Numbered from the stretch's first letter, positions 42,886 to 60,365 are shown. The stretch is DNA of 64,000 nucleotides from Candidatus Multivorans sp. (GCA_965247095.1 OZ251997.1:3104001-3168000); one strand, 5' to 3'. The notes: a model not told the origin generated them from the letters alone. Program-made: numbers and translations.

Positions 42886-44973
42886 CTACACCTGCCCCCG
42901 CAGCGCCTGGAGGACCAGGTCCCGGGCGCGGCGCGGCTCGTAGATGAACACCCGGCGCACCTTCGGCCCGACCTGATAGCGGAACCGCGCGAGCCGCCCG
43001 GCGAGGCCGCTGTGCGGCCGCGCGACGGTCAGCGCGTAGTGCGCTCTCGAGCGGCCGGCGCCCTCCGCCAGGCGGCGCAGCTCGTCCGGGGACAGTTGGC
43101 TCCAGTTCACGCAGGGACCGAGGGGGGCGACCAGATCGCCGCCGTAGGGGCGGACGGATTCGACCTGGAAGCCGGTGCGGATCAGGCGACCCAGGTCGCG
43201 GGAACGGATGGCGTGGGCGCAATCGCCCGCGGTCGGTGGCAGCGGCAGCCGGTCGAATCGTCGGGCCGCGGCCGGGAGACGGCGGAAGGCCGCCGCGGCG
43301 GCGGCGCCGGCGCGGCCGTTCCACTGGTGCCGGGCCGGACCGACGTAGTCGTCCACGATCAGCCGGCCGCCGGGTTCGAGGGCCTCGAGCACGGCGATGA
43401 GGAGGCGCTCGAGCCGCAGGTGGGCGGAGAATCCGCCGATGCAGCAGACCGCCTGGTAGGCGGCCGGGGGGAGTGCGGGGCGGCGGGGGTCGAGGATGAG
43501 GCGCCGGATGGCGGCGGATGCGGGCGAGACGCCCGCGTTCCCAGGAGAGGCGGCGATGTCGACATGCGCGGCGAAGCCGGTGCGGAGGAACTCGGCGGCC
43601 CAGGTGTCGTCGCCGACGAGGAGGACGCGGTCGAAGGGGTCGGCGGGGGCGTGCTCGGCGATCCACTCGCCCGGGGCGGGGCCGGCGGCGGCGGCGCGGA
43701 CGGGGGCGGGGAGGCCCCATGCGGGCGGCTCGGGCTCGCCGCTTCGCGGCATCGCACTTGATGCGGGCGAGACGCCCGCGTTCCCAGGTCCGGATGCGGG
43801 CGAGGCGGACACGAGCCCAGGAGATGCGGGCGAAGCGGGCACGACCCCAGCGGTCCCGGGGCCGGGGCCGAGTTGTTCGAGGCGTTCTTCGACCTGCTCT
43901 CGCCACTGGAGGCGGAAGTACAGGGCGTGCTTGCGTTCGGAGCAGGTGCGGCAGGTGCCGCACGGGTTGCCGGTGCGCAGGCCGTCGGTGATCGAGGAAA
44001 GAAGCGGCGAGCGCTCGACTTCGGCGAGCGTCGTCTCGGGGTAGAGGCCGATCGGCTGCTCTTCCCAGAAGATGCACGGCGAGACGGCGCCGTTCGGCCG
44101 CACGACCACGGTGTGGCGGGGCCAGGCGCAACCGCCGACCGCGGTCCGGACGCGGCCGCGCAGGCGGCGGCGATCGTAGAGCCCGGCGCGCCAGCGCAGC
44201 AGGTGGCCGCGGAGCCCGATCGCGGCGCCGTCGTCGAAGTCGGGGTAGGAGACGAGCCGGAGGCCCCGGGCGGCCGCGTCTTCGGCGGCCGCGGCCAGCT
44301 CGGCCCGCAGGGCGCCCGGATCCTCACCGTCGAGGAGTTCGTCCTCGGCGGTGACGTGGGCGGTCGGCGCGACGAACCGGACGTCGAGCTCACTGGCGCC
44401 GACTTCTTCGGCGAAGCGCGGCAGATCGGCGAGGTCGGCGCGGTTCGTCTGCATCCACACGAAGATCAGCCGCAGGCGGGTGGCGGCGCCACGCCGCACG
44501 TCGTTCAGAAGATCGAGAGAGCGCATCAGCCGGGCGAACGTGGCGCCGACCCGGATCGTCTCGTAGGTCTCGGCGTGGGTGCCGTCCATCGACACGCCGA
44601 CCGTCTTGACCCCCGCCTCGCAGATCGCCTCCGCCTTGGGCGGGGTGAGCGGCAGCAGGTTGGTGGGGAACCAGAGGTCCGGAATGCCGTAGCTCCCCGC
44701 CTCGCGCATGATGTCGATGAACTTCGGGTGAACCAGGGGCTCGGCGGCGCATCCGAGAGCGACCCGGTGGGCGCGCGGGAAGAGGTCGGCCGCGACCTGG
44801 CCGAAGGTCTCGAGCGGCATCATGCCGGTGCGCGACAGGTTCCGGTCGAAGGGCAGGAACTGCAGCCGGTCGACCGCGGAGAAGTAGCACATCTTGCACT
44901 TCAGGTTGCAGCGCTCGGTGGTGTCGAGGATGACCTCGAGCGGTCGGCGACGGAAGGGGGAGGTGGGGGTCAC
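42886..44973 (-). CDS. Radical SAM/SPASM protein fused by a repeat-derived linker to a degenerate class I methyltransferase-like domain
   Basis: CNLKCKMC; SPASM-like C..P......PNG.VSPC...C.TC..C; C-terminal LEPGGRLIVDDYVGPARHQW. Confidence 0.8.
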   Translation of the reverse strand: MTPTSPFRRRPLEVILDTTERCNLKCKMCYFSAVDRLQFLPFDRNLSRTGMMPLETFGQVAADLFPRAHRVALGCAAEPLVHPKFIDIMREAGSYGIPDLWFPTNLLPLTPPKAEAICEAGVKTVGVSMDGTHAETYETIRVGATFARLMRSLDLLNDVRRGAATRLRLIFVWMQTNRADLADLPRFAEEVGASELDVRFVAPTAHVTAEDELLDGEDPGALRAELAAAAEDAAARGLRLVSYPDFDDGAAIGLRGHLLRWRAGLYDRRRLRGRVRTAVGGCAWPRHTVVVRPNGAVSPCIFWEEQPIGLYPETTLAEVERSPLLSSITDGLRTGNPCGTCRTCSERKHALYFRLQWREQVEERLEQLGPGPGTAGVVPASPASPGLVSASPASGPGNAGVSPASSAMPRSGEPEPPAWGLPAPVRAAAAGPAPGEWIAEHAPADPFDRVLLVGDDTWAAEFLRTGFAAHVDIAASPGNAGVSPASAAIRRLILDPRRPALPPAAYQAVCCIGGFSAHLRLERLLIAVLEALEPGGRLIVDDYVGPARHQWNGRAGAAAAAAFRRLPAAARRFDRLPLPPTAGDCAHAIRSRDLGRLIRTGFQVESVRPYGGDLVAPLGPCVNWSQLSPDELRRLAEGAGRSRAHYALTVARPHSGLAGRLARFRYQVGPKVRRVFIYEPRRARDLVLQALRGQV
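43519..43545 (+). repeat. REP-like palindrome copy inside the radical SAM fusion gene
   Basis: TGCGGGCGAGACGCCCGCGTTCCCAGG. Confidence 0.85.
43727..43851 (+). repeat. Composite REP-like array (one intact and two degenerate copies) forming the interdomain linker
   Basis: Intact copy at 43762-43788; degenerate TGCGGGCGA...CCCAG copies at 43795 and 43825. Confidence 0.8.
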
Positions 44974-44977
44974 GATG

Positions 44978-46213
44978 TCAGAGGCGGATTCCGCCTGCGG
45001 CGGATGCGGGCAAGATGCCCGCGTTCCCAGGGCCGGAGGGGGGAGCGGGCCACGACAGGGCCGCCAGCATTGCCGCGCACACGCCGCGGCCGGAACTCCT
45101 TTGGCGCCACACGGCGGCGATGCTAACCGGATCGCGCTCGCCACGGCGCCACGCGGCCTGCTCCGCCGCGATCGCATGGGCCAGGGGACCGGCACGGTGG
45201 GCGGATGAAACCCGGCCGTAGGCGCCGTCTTCGGACCAGCTCCGGAGGCTCGGAATGGGCGTGCCGACGATCGTCGCGCCCACGGAGAGCGCCTCGCAAC
45301 CGGCGTGGGGGGCGCCCTCCCAACGCGAGGAGAAGACGATGGAGCGGCTGCCGGCGAGCGCCTCGGCCAGCACCGGCGGGTGCTGAGGACCGCGGTAGAC
45401 GACCCCAGGGAACCGCCCGCACAGTTCCCGGAAGTGCTCTTCGCCGCCGGCGCCGAAGATGTGGACCGGTTGTTCCTCCTCGTCGCCGGCGGCGGCGAGA
45501 TAGCGGGTCAGCGCCGCAGCCAACAGAGGCGCGTTCTTCTGGGGGTCGTCCCAGCGGCCGACCGCCACCAGGCCGCGGCGCTCCCGTTCGAGGTCGGGAA
45601 ACTCGCAGAAGACCCTGTTGATCGCGAGCGGCGCCACGTGGACCCGTTCGGCGTGGTCGCCGGCGCCGGCCTTGCGCAGGAAGCGGCGGAAGTGGTCGCG
45701 CGACTCCGCGTTGCCCAGGATCAGCACGTCGGAGAACCTGGCGCTACGCAGGAACTCGGCGTCCTGCGGATCCCGGCGCTGGAACGAGCGCAGGTAGCGA
45801 AGCCCGAGCCTGGCCAACTGCCGGCGGCGCCGGCGCCGGTCGGAGGTTCCGGCATAGACCGTCCGTCTCATCGTCGCGAGCGGAAAGGCCCGCAACCCCA
45901 TCTGCCCGTCCGAGTCCCCCATGGCGATCGTGCGCACACCGATACCCACCAGCAACTCGAGCAGGCCGGACATCTGGTGGAAGGAGGGCAGGATCGCGAC
46001 GGTGACCTTGAGATCGAGCCAGAACTCCCGGTTCGCCAGCCCCTCGCCGAGCGGCGGGCAGAAGGTCGGCACGGGGAAGCCGTCGTCAGAGGACTGAGGG
46101 CAGACAACGAATGCCTCGTGGCCGAGCTCTTCCAGGCCGCGGATGTACTCCTCGAACCGGAACGAGCACTGGCTCAGGGGCGTGCCGTGGTTCCAGACAA
46201 CGGCGATCCGCAT
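44978..46213 (-). CDS. Glycosyltransferase family 4 (GT-B)
   Basis: MRIAVV, GLEELGHE, VGRWDDPQKN, SSRWEGAPHAGCEALSVG. Confidence 0.85.
   Translation of the reverse strand: MRIAVVWNHGTPLSQCSFRFEEYIRGLEELGHEAFVVCPQSSDDGFPVPTFCPPLGEGLANREFWLDLKVTVAILPSFHQMSGLLELLVGIGVRTIAMGDSDGQMGLRAFPLATMRRTVYAGTSDRRRRRRQLARLGLRYLRSFQRRDPQDAEFLRSARFSDVLILGNAESRDHFRRFLRKAGAGDHAERVHVAPLAINRVFCEFPDLERERRGLVAVGRWDDPQKNAPLLAAALTRYLAAAGDEEEQPVHIFGAGGEEHFRELCGRFPGVVYRGPQHPPVLAEALAGSRSIVFSSRWEGAPHAGCEALSVGATIVGTPIPSLRSWSEDGAYGRVSSAHRAGPLAHAIAAEQAAWRRGERDPVSIAAVWRQRSSGRGVCAAMLAALSWPAPPSGPGNAGILPASAAGGIRL
45005..45031 (+). repeat. REP-like palindrome copy in the glycosyltransferase C-terminus
   Basis: TGCGGGCAAGATGCCCGCGTTCCCAGG. 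Confidence 0.8.
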
Positions 46214-46268
46214 GATGCGCGACGCTACAGGACGGGAGCGGGGAGGGGAACGTGTCGCTGAGTGGGCT

Positions 46269-47866
46269 TCAGTCGCACCTGAAGGCCATGGTGTCGATCC
46301 CGGTCGCTGCCTTCTCACCCTGCCGGTTGTAGTGGCTCCAATAGTGCCCGTTGCCGTCTGTGACGTACAGATTGAAGGCCACGTCAGTGACCGGGCCCAC
46401 GAAGACCCAGCGGTGACCGTTGAGGTGGCATCCGTCGAGCACCTTGATCAGGACCTCCGCGTTGCCGCGGCTGAAGAACCAGAGCAGACCCGACTCGGAC
46501 GAGGCCCAGATGCCGGACTTCGCCTCACCGACCTCGCCAGCCGGCGTCTCGTAGCACATGTGCACCTCGTAGCCCCCGTCGAAAACGAGCGGCGTGGTCT
46601 CCGGACGGCAACTCGTATATCCAGGTCCCGTCGGCGGGTCGGGATACGGATCGCGCGGAACCGGATACAGATAGCGCACGGCGTCGCGGTCATCGCTGTT
46701 GAGCGCGGCGCCGCGGCCGTCGCCGTGGACCCTCGCGCGCATCAGCGCCTGGGCGGTCACGGCGTCACAGGAGCCGCTGGCGCGATCGCCGCAAGAGTGG
46801 GATATTCCCAACACATGGCCGAGCTCGTGGGCCATGACTTCCTCGTGGGCCTTGCGCGGATTCGAGTTCGAACTCACCCACTCCTGGTAGCCGTCCTGGG
46901 TGGTCACGTTCGACTCGACGATCGCGAGCGCCTCGTCCGATTCGTTGCCCGGAATCCTGTGCGGCGGGGCGGAGCCGTCGCAGTAGAAGAAGGTGTAGGT
47001 GATCGCGATCACGCCGCCACCGCCACGTTCGTAGGACCCTGGAATCTCGTCGAACGGATCCTCGTAGGAGATCGAGTTCACGCCGTCGACATCGTCGATC
47101 AGGAACTCCTTGCTCGATGTGCCCTCAAGGACCAGGTTCACACGGCTCTCGGGATCGTTGTTCCAGGCCCGGATGGCGGTGCGCACCTCGAACAGGCCGC
47201 CGCCGGGCACCCCCGGCTGACCGCTCGCCTGGACGGTCACGCCGACGCTCTCGCCGCGGTCGAACTCTCGCCACCGGATCGGCAGGCCGTCGTGGAGGCA
47301 CGACGCGGGACTCCGGGTCACCCGGAACGGCTCGGCGACCGCGAGGGGCCCGTCCGGCCAGCCGGCGTCGAAGTAGTCGGCCGGCCGCTCGACACCCGCC
47401 GCGCGGTCCGCGATCCAGCGGCGAAAACGGGCCGCGTCGCGCGGTCGGCGGCTTCGGGCTCGGAGCAGTACGCGTTCCCCCACCCGGACCTCGAAGAACA
47501 GGCCCAGGGCGAACTCGACCGGGCGGTAGGCATCGTCCACCGGATCGAGGAAGAGCAAGACCCGGTCCCCCTCGGCCAGCATGGGCAGGCCGAGGATCTT
47601 CATCGCCACGCCGTCCGGGCCTACGCCGCCCGGCTGGCGAACGAGGATCGTGCCGCCCGGCACGAAGCCCTTCAGCACCTCCGCGACCTCGACCGCGTAG
47701 TCCCGGACCGGCCGGCGTCCCGCGAATGCCGGCGTAACGGACCGAACCTCGCCGAACACGATCACCTGGGAACGCTCGACCATCGACTCGTCGGTCGGCA
47801 GGACGTAGACGATCGCCGCCGCCGGAGGCGCACAGATGGACACCGCGAGCAGCAGCGCAACTGGAA

Positions 47867-47879
<13 letters not shown>
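46269..47879 (-). CDS. Secreted metzincin (matrixin-like) metalloprotease with conserved C-terminal domain
   Basis: Signal peptide, AHELGHVLGISH, ALM turn, C-terminal LLWFFSRGNAEVLIKVLDGC..NGHRWVF. Confidence 0.8.
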
Positions 47880-49156
<1,277 letters not shown>

Positions 49157-49221
49157 CGGGGCGACTGTGATGCGATGCTCAGGGATCCGAACTCCAGCAG
49201 GGCGCTACAACGTGACGACTC

Positions 49222-51786
49222 TCAGGCCACCGGGGCAGAACACTCGAAGGCCTCGACATCCTGGATGGGCTGGAACGGCGTGCCGGCGGGGTTCTCGTAG
49301 GTCCTCTCCTCGCCGGTCTCGCTGTCGGTGACCGTCATCGTCACGGCGACGTCCGTGAGTCCGCCGGCGAACACCCAGCGGTGGCCGTTGAGCTCGCAGC
49401 CGTCGAGCACCTTGATCACCATCTCCACGTTGTTCGGACCGAAGAACCAGTAGAGGCCCGTATCCCGGGTGAGCGGCCAGGCCGTGGCGTCGCCGCTGCC
49501 GTCATCCGTTTCCCAACGGGCGCGGACCGCGAAGCGACCGCCCTCGAGGCAGAGGGTGAGGTCGTCGGCCTCGCAGGCGCCGCCTTCGTCCTGCGGCAGC
49601 GCGACCCGGCCGGGACGAAGCGCCCCGGTGAAGCGCTCGGCGAACCGGGACGTCCGGTTCGTGCCTCCGCGCACAGACTCCATCTCCCCGGGCAGCAGCA
49701 GGTACCGGCTCTGGCCGTACAGGTTCCGGCCCTGGGAGCAGACGGCGAAGGACTCATTGTCCTGAACCGGCCGGAAGGGAGTGCCCGGCGGGTTGTAGTA
49801 CGTCGCGGCGACTCCGGTTTCGGAGTCGATCACGGTCATGACGACCTTGACGTCGGTCAGGCCGCCGGCGTACACCCAGAAGCGCTCGTTGAACGCGCAC
49901 CCGTCCAGGACCTTGACCACGAGTTCGATGTTGTCCGGAGAGAAGAACCAGAAATCGCCGGTGTCGTTGGTCAACGGTTCGGCATCGCCCCGGTCGCTTT
50001 CCCTGCCGGTCTCCCACCGCACTTCGACCCGGAAGCGTCCGTCGTTCAGACACAGCGTGTCATCGTCCTCCACGCAGCCTTTGACCTCGGCGAAGGTCGT
50101 GGCGCCCGCTTCCGGCGTCGGTTCGGAGATGCCGCGGTTGTTCCGCGCCACGACCTGGTAGCCGCGGTAGGTCGCGGGCGGGATGTTCTGGATCACCACG
50201 GAGGTGCTGTTGCGCTCCAGGGTGGCGATGCGCTCGAAGTCGCTGTCGACCATCCGCTCGTAGATGTCGAAGGCTCTCTCGTCGCCGGAACGGTCCTGCC
50301 ACCGGAGTTCGAGTTCGTTCTGGCTGATCGCGGTGACGGTCAGATCGGTGGCCGCCGCCGGCCCCACCGGACCGACCGGACCGATCTCCGGGTAGAGAGC
50401 GCGCACCGCGTTCCGGTCGTCGGCGTTGAGCACGGCCCCATCGATCCGGCTTCCGACCCGCGCCCGCATGAGCGCCGTGCGCTTCAACTCCGTGTCGCAG
50501 GGACTGTTGGCCCCCTCGTCGCAACTGTGGCCGATACCCAGGACGTGGCCCAGCTCGTGGGCCATGATCTGGGCGTGGGCGAGGCCGGCATCCGGCACGA
50601 GGGCCAACCAATCCCGGTACCCGTCCTGGGTCGTGATGTTCGCCTCGACGAACTCGTAGGCCTCCACTCTCCCCAGGCCCGGGATCGGGTGCGGCGGGGC
50701 GGATGCACCGCAGAAGAAGTATCCGTACGTGATCGCAAGGACCCCGCCCACCGAGGGAAGGAACGAGCCGGGAATCTCGTCTAGGGAATCCTCGAAGCTG
50801 ATCCCGTTCTCGTTGTCCGAAGCGAGCGGGAGTTCGTCATCCGACAGGCCGCTGCGAACCAGGCGCGCCCGGCTTCTCGGGTCCTGGTTCCAGGCCCTCA
50901 TTCCAGCCAGGACCTGCGCATGACCGTTGCCTGGCGCGCCGGGCTGGCCCCGGCGCTGGACCACCAGCCCCACGCTCTGACCCCGGTCGAAGTTGCGCCA
51001 GCGAATGCGGGTACCCGGCTTTTCGCAGCCGCCGGGGGCCGAGATCAGACGGAAGTCCGAAATGACCGTGGCCAGGCCCTCCGGCAGGTCGGTCGCGAAG
51101 TAGTCGGGCGCGCGCTGATCCCCCGCCGCGCGGTCGGCGATCCAGCGGCGGAAGCGGACGGCGTCGCGCGGGACGGCGCCTTGCGCGCCTTGCCGAGCGG
51201 CCTGGTCGCCCGGCATCGGCAACACCAACTGCTCCGTCGAATCGCGCAACAGCAGCATCCGTTGGCCGGCCGGCACCTCGAAGAAGATCCCGAGCGCGAG
51301 TTCAACGCTGCGGTAGACGCCCTCGACCGGATCGAGGAAGAGCAGCGCCCGGTCTCCCTCGGCAAGTACCGGCGCACCGATCACCCGGCCGGCAAGGCCG
51401 CCCGGACCGAGGCCGCCGGCCTGCCGGACGACGATCGTGCTGCCGGGCACGAAGCCCTTCAGCACTTCCTCGACCTGGAACATGAGGTCGGTGGCGGGAG
51501 GTCCTCCAATGGGCGCCGGCTCCGTGGCCAGAACCTCGCCGAAGACGATGACCGGCGACCGCGTAACCATCGCCTGGTCGGTCGGCATGACGTAGACGGT
51601 CGCCGCCGCCGGCGCCGCCACGATCAGCAGGACGGCGAGCCCGGGCAGCAGCGCGAGAAGCCGCTTACTGGGCGGCAAGACGCTGCCGCGACGCATTCGT
51701 GAAGCCCATCCGGGCTGCCCGCTGGCAGTCCTGCCGCTCCGGCGGCCGGAGCGAAGAGACATGTCGATTAGACGATGGGTGAACAT
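49222..51786 (-). CDS. Secreted metzincin metalloprotease + FN3 + two copies of the conserved C-terminal domain
   Basis: AHELGHVLGIGH, FN3 (ELELRWQDRSGDE), 2x LCL..GRF.V...W...FWFF...N.E...KVLDGC. Start may be at 51696. Confidence 0.8.
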   Translation of the reverse strand: MFTHRLIDMSLRSGRRSGRTASGQPGWASRMRRGSVLPPSKRLLALLPGLAVLLIVAAPAAATVYVMPTDQAMVTRSPVIVFGEVLATEPAPIGGPPATDLMFQVEEVLKGFVPGSTIVVRQAGGLGPGGLAGRVIGAPVLAEGDRALLFLDPVEGVYRSVELALGIFFEVPAGQRMLLLRDSTEQLVLPMPGDQAARQGAQGAVPRDAVRFRRWIADRAAGDQRAPDYFATDLPEGLATVISDFRLISAPGGCEKPGTRIRWRNFDRGQSVGLVVQRRGQPGAPGNGHAQVLAGMRAWNQDPRSRARLVRSGLSDDELPLASDNENGISFEDSLDEIPGSFLPSVGGVLAITYGYFFCGASAPPHPIPGLGRVEAYEFVEANITTQDGYRDWLALVPDAGLAHAQIMAHELGHVLGIGHSCDEGANSPCDTELKRTALMRARVGSRIDGAVLNADDRNAVRALYPEIGPVGPVGPAAATDLTVTAISQNELELRWQDRSGDERAFDIYERMVDSDFERIATLERNSTSVVIQNIPPATYRGYQVVARNNRGISEPTPEAGATTFAEVKGCVEDDDTLCLNDGRFRVEVRWETGRESDRGDAEPLTNDTGDFWFFSPDNIELVVKVLDGCAFNERFWVYAGGLTDVKVVMTVIDSETGVAATYYNPPGTPFRPVQDNESFAVCSQGRNLYGQSRYLLLPGEMESVRGGTNRTSRFAERFTGALRPGRVALPQDEGGACEADDLTLCLEGGRFAVRARWETDDGSGDATAWPLTRDTGLYWFFGPNNVEMVIKVLDGCELNGHRWVFAGGLTDVAVTMTVTDSETGEERTYENPAGTPFQPIQDVEAFECSAPVA

Positions 51787-51926
51787 AGGTCAAACCCGCG
51801 CCCAGACCACGGAGCGCAGGGCGAAAGCCGCCGGATTCTAGCATTTTCACGTGTTTTACGGTGTTCTTGAGCGAGGAACACTGGTTTCAACGCGCGCCGG
51901 CGCGGCCGGATTCCGGCTCAGGACTG

Positions 51927-52595
51927 CTAGGACAGCAGCCGGGCGGCCCGAGCGGTCAGGTCGTCGAGCCTGGCGCCGAGTTCGAGCCGGGCCGCCTCCC
52001 GCTCGGCGTCGGTCGATCCGCGATCGAGCACCATCGGTTCCCCGACCGCGACCGCCACCCTGGTGAACGGGGCGCCGACGATCATGCGGTCCCAGCTCCT
52101 CAACCTCAGACCGCGGTCCGCGGCGAGGCCGGCGGGGACGATCGGCGCGCCGGACATGGCCGCCAGCACGATGCTCCCGGCTTTCGGCCTGCGCGCCGGC
52201 CCGCGCGGACCGTCGGGCGTGAGCAACAGGGTCGACCGATGCTTGACGAGCTCGCGGTAGAGGGAGAGCACCGCCTCGCGGCCGCCGCGGGAGGTCGAGC
52301 CGCGGGTGACGCGGATGCCCCAGGCCCGCGCGACCCGAGCAGCCAACTCACCGTCGTCGGAGTGGCTGGAGAGGATGGAAACCGGTCCACCGGCCGGCAG
52401 CAGGCGCCGGCGCACCAGCAGCAGGGAGAGCGCCAACTGCTCGTGCCAGCAGGCGAGCATGGCCGGCGGCTCGAGCGCGCGGTCGAGGTGCTCGGCGCCT
52501 TCGAGGCGGTGCAGGCGGTAGCTGGCGGTGAGGGTCTGGGAGAGGAGACGGACCAGGACCGCCGCCGCGGGCAGGGCGGCGCCGCGTATCTTCAA
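51927..52595 (-). CDS. DUF374 / LpxJ-like lysophospholipid acyltransferase
   Basis: ACWHEQL, SSHSDDGE, RGSTSRGG, TPDGPRGP, SWDRMIVGAPF. Confidence 0.88.
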   Translation of the reverse strand: MKIRGAALPAAAVLVRLLSQTLTASYRLHRLEGAEHLDRALEPPAMLACWHEQLALSLLLVRRRLLPAGGPVSILSSHSDDGELAARVARAWGIRVTRGSTSRGGREAVLSLYRELVKHRSTLLLTPDGPRGPARRPKAGSIVLAAMSGAPIVPAGLAADRGLRLRSWDRMIVGAPFTRVAVAVGEPMVLDRGSTDAEREAARLELGARLDDLTARAARLLS

Positions 52596-52822
52596 CCGAT
52601 GCCGGCGGCGTAGTTGAGCACATCGCCGACGGTCTCCATGGCGGCGGCGTCTTCGTCGCTGATCTCGATGTCGAGGGCCTCTTCGAGTTCGATCAGCAGT
52701 TCGAGCTGCTTGGGAGAGTCGATGCCGAGGTCGGCCACGAGGTCGAACTCGGGCCGCAGCTCGCCTTCGTCCCGGCCGCTGGCCCGTGCCAGTACCTTGC
52801 TCGCCGCTGCACGTGGATCCAT
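52592..52822 (-). CDS. Acyl carrier protein (dedicated paralog)
   Basis: DLGIDSPKQLELLIELEEALDIEISDE; acidic, 76 aa. Confidence 0.88.
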   Translation of the reverse strand: MDPRAAASKVLARASGRDEGELRPEFDLVADLGIDSPKQLELLIELEEALDIEISDEDAAAMETVGDVLNYAAGIG

Positions 52823-52874
52823 TGCTCCTCAGCTCCTGTGCCCAACCGTGGCTGCCAAGTCCGGCGAGGCCGGG

Positions 52875-54555
52875 TCAGAAGTCGGCCGCTAGTTCGCCGC
52901 GAAGGTACTGCTCGCGGAGGGACCGCCGCCGGACCTTGCCGCTGGTGGTGCGCGGAATCCTACCCCGGCGCACCAGGAGCAGATCGGCGAGCTGGATGCC
53001 CAGGGCGCGGCCGACGCTGCGGCCGACTTCGCTCCGCAGCAGGGCGGTGCTGCCGCGGTCGCCGCCGGTCTCCATCACCAGGATCGCCCGCTCGCCGTGC
53101 GGCGCGTCGACCGAGAAGGCGGCGGCGCGCTCGCGACCGCCGGCGCCGAGAACGGACTCGGCCACCCACTCGATCTCGTGCGGCATCACGTTCGAGCCGC
53201 CCAGGATGAGCAGCTCCTTGGTGCGGCCGGTGATGTGGACCTCGCCGGCAGCGCTCAGGAAGCCGAGGTCGCCGGTGTAGAGCCAGCCGTCGCGCAGCAC
53301 CTCGGCGGTCGCTTCCGGGTCGTTCCAGTACCCCAGCATCAGGGAGGGCGACCGCAGCCGGATCTCGCCCACTTCGCCCGCCGGCAGCGGGCGCCCGTCG
53401 GGCGCCGCGATCTCGATATCGGTGCGGTCCATCGGCGGGCCGTTCGACGTCACCTCCGGTCCGCCGCCGGACGGCGCCGCGGTGTGCAGGCCGTCGACGG
53501 TCTGGCTGATCGAGATGAGCAGCGTGTTCTCGGCCATGCCGTAGGCGGCGCGCAGGGCGCCCGGATCGAGGCCCGCGGCCTCGAAACGGCGGCTGAACTC
53601 GTGCATCGTGTCGGCGCGCACCATCTCCGAGCCGCTGCACACGTCACGCCAGCCGCTCAGATCGAGCGATGCCAGGCGATCGTCGCCGACCCGTTCGACG
53701 CACTGCCGGAAGGAGAAGTTGGGGGCCGCCGACATCGCGGTCTTCGTGCGCTTGAACTGCTCCAGCCATACCCAGGGCCGCGCCAGGAAGGCGCGCGGGT
53801 TGAGCATGATCAGGTCGGCGCCGGTAAGCAGAGAGCCGAGCAGGCAGCCTCCCAACCCCATGTCGTGGTAGAGCGGCAACCAGCCGACGAGGGCATCCAT
53901 CAGTTGTCCGCCGCGCGGAATCGCCACCGCTTCCATGCTGGCGCGGGCGCTCCAGGTCGCAGCAAAGTGGCCCACGACCACGGCCCTTTGGTGACCGGTC
54001 GAGCCGCTGGTCATCTGCAGGAAGGCCGGATCGTCGCCCCGCGGCGGCCGGCCGGCCGGTACCGGCGACGGACTCGTCGCGGCCAGGGCGGACTGCGAGA
54101 GCAGATTGGGACGCGACCCTCCGGCGGGCCCGACCGAGGCGATCTCCTGGACCTGATCGCTGACCGGGTCGGTGCAGACCATGTAGCGGGCGTCGAGCAA
54201 CTCGTTCACCGCGAGCGCCTTCTCGATCTGATTGCGGGGCGAGCCGAGCGTCCGCGGGGGCGCGACCGCCGCCGGCAGAGCGCCGAGGCGAACGGCGCCG
54301 AACCAGACCTGGAACCAGGGCCAGGAGGTCGGCAGGCACACCAGGATGCGGTCGCCGGGGCGGACGCCGAGGGTGATGAGACGACCCGCGGCAGCCTCGA
54401 TCTCGTCCAGCAGGAAAGGCCACGTGCGCCGGCCCTCCACCCGGCCGCGGCTGTCGATCAGCGTGATGCCGCGCTGCGGCCAAACTGACGCCGCTCGTTG
54501 AAGCGCCTCCAGCAGGGTCTCGGGGTGGTGCTCGCGGTTCGTTGCTGCGCCTGGA

Positions 54556-54563
<8 letters not shown>
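52875..54563 (-). CDS. Fatty acyl-AMP ligase (FAAL)
   Basis: AFLQMTSGSTG, WLPLYHDMGL, SAAPNF, AYGMAENTL, TGDLG, IPRTTSGKVRR. Confidence 0.85.
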
Positions 54564-58553
<3,990 letters not shown>

Positions 58554-58560
58554 GGCTGCC

Positions 58561-58758
58561 CTATCTGCAAGCAGCGGCAGCAAGGGGCAACCGCACCGCA
58601 TGGTCTCCGGCGCCCTCTCCTTGCCACGCAACGAGACCCTGAGCCTGCGAAGCCTGTCCCGTGACCTCGGCCGAATCGGCTTCTCGTGCGCAACGACCTC
58701 GCTCATTCTCCCTTGGAGCGCTGGATCTGAGGTTGCCTGGCTTGGGCGTGTCACTCAC
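58561..58758 (-). CDS. Putative 65-aa small protein
   Basis: Strong SD GGGAGGAGGT 5 nt before GTG; fills the ligA-regulator gap; no recognisable motif. Confidence 0.35.
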   Translation of the reverse strand: MSDTPKPGNLRSSAPRENERGRCAREADSAEVTGQASQAQGLVAWQGEGAGDHAVRLPLAAAACR

Positions 58759-58883
58759 GGTTGACCTCCTCCCGTTTCCCCGGGGACCGGCTGACGACCG
58801 GGGCCGGCGGCGCGGTCCGACTCTACCCGCAGGCGCGCCGACACCGGCGGAATGGCAGCGGCGCCGGTGACTCGTTGGCCGGA

Positions 58884-58910
58884 TGCGGGCGAGACGCCCG
58901 CGGTCCCAGG
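58884..58910 (+). repeat. REP-like palindrome copy (intergenic)
   Basis: TGCGGGCGAGACGCCCGCGGTCCCAGG. Confidence 0.85.
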
Positions 58911-58961
58911 ACCGGATCCCAGAACCACGCCGACCTGCGGCGAATGCCTGTAGCAACTAGT

Positions 58962-60361
<1,400 letters not shown>

Positions 60362-60365
<4 letters not shown>

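Noticed and set aside
43762-43851. CRISPR array
   Set aside because: Repeats are degenerate, nearly adjacent, inside a CDS and without unique spacers or cas genes; they belong to the REP-like family.
58761-58961. N-terminal extension of the NtrC-family ORF
   Set aside because: Low-complexity sequence containing a REP copy; the receiver domain starts after ATG 58962/58971.
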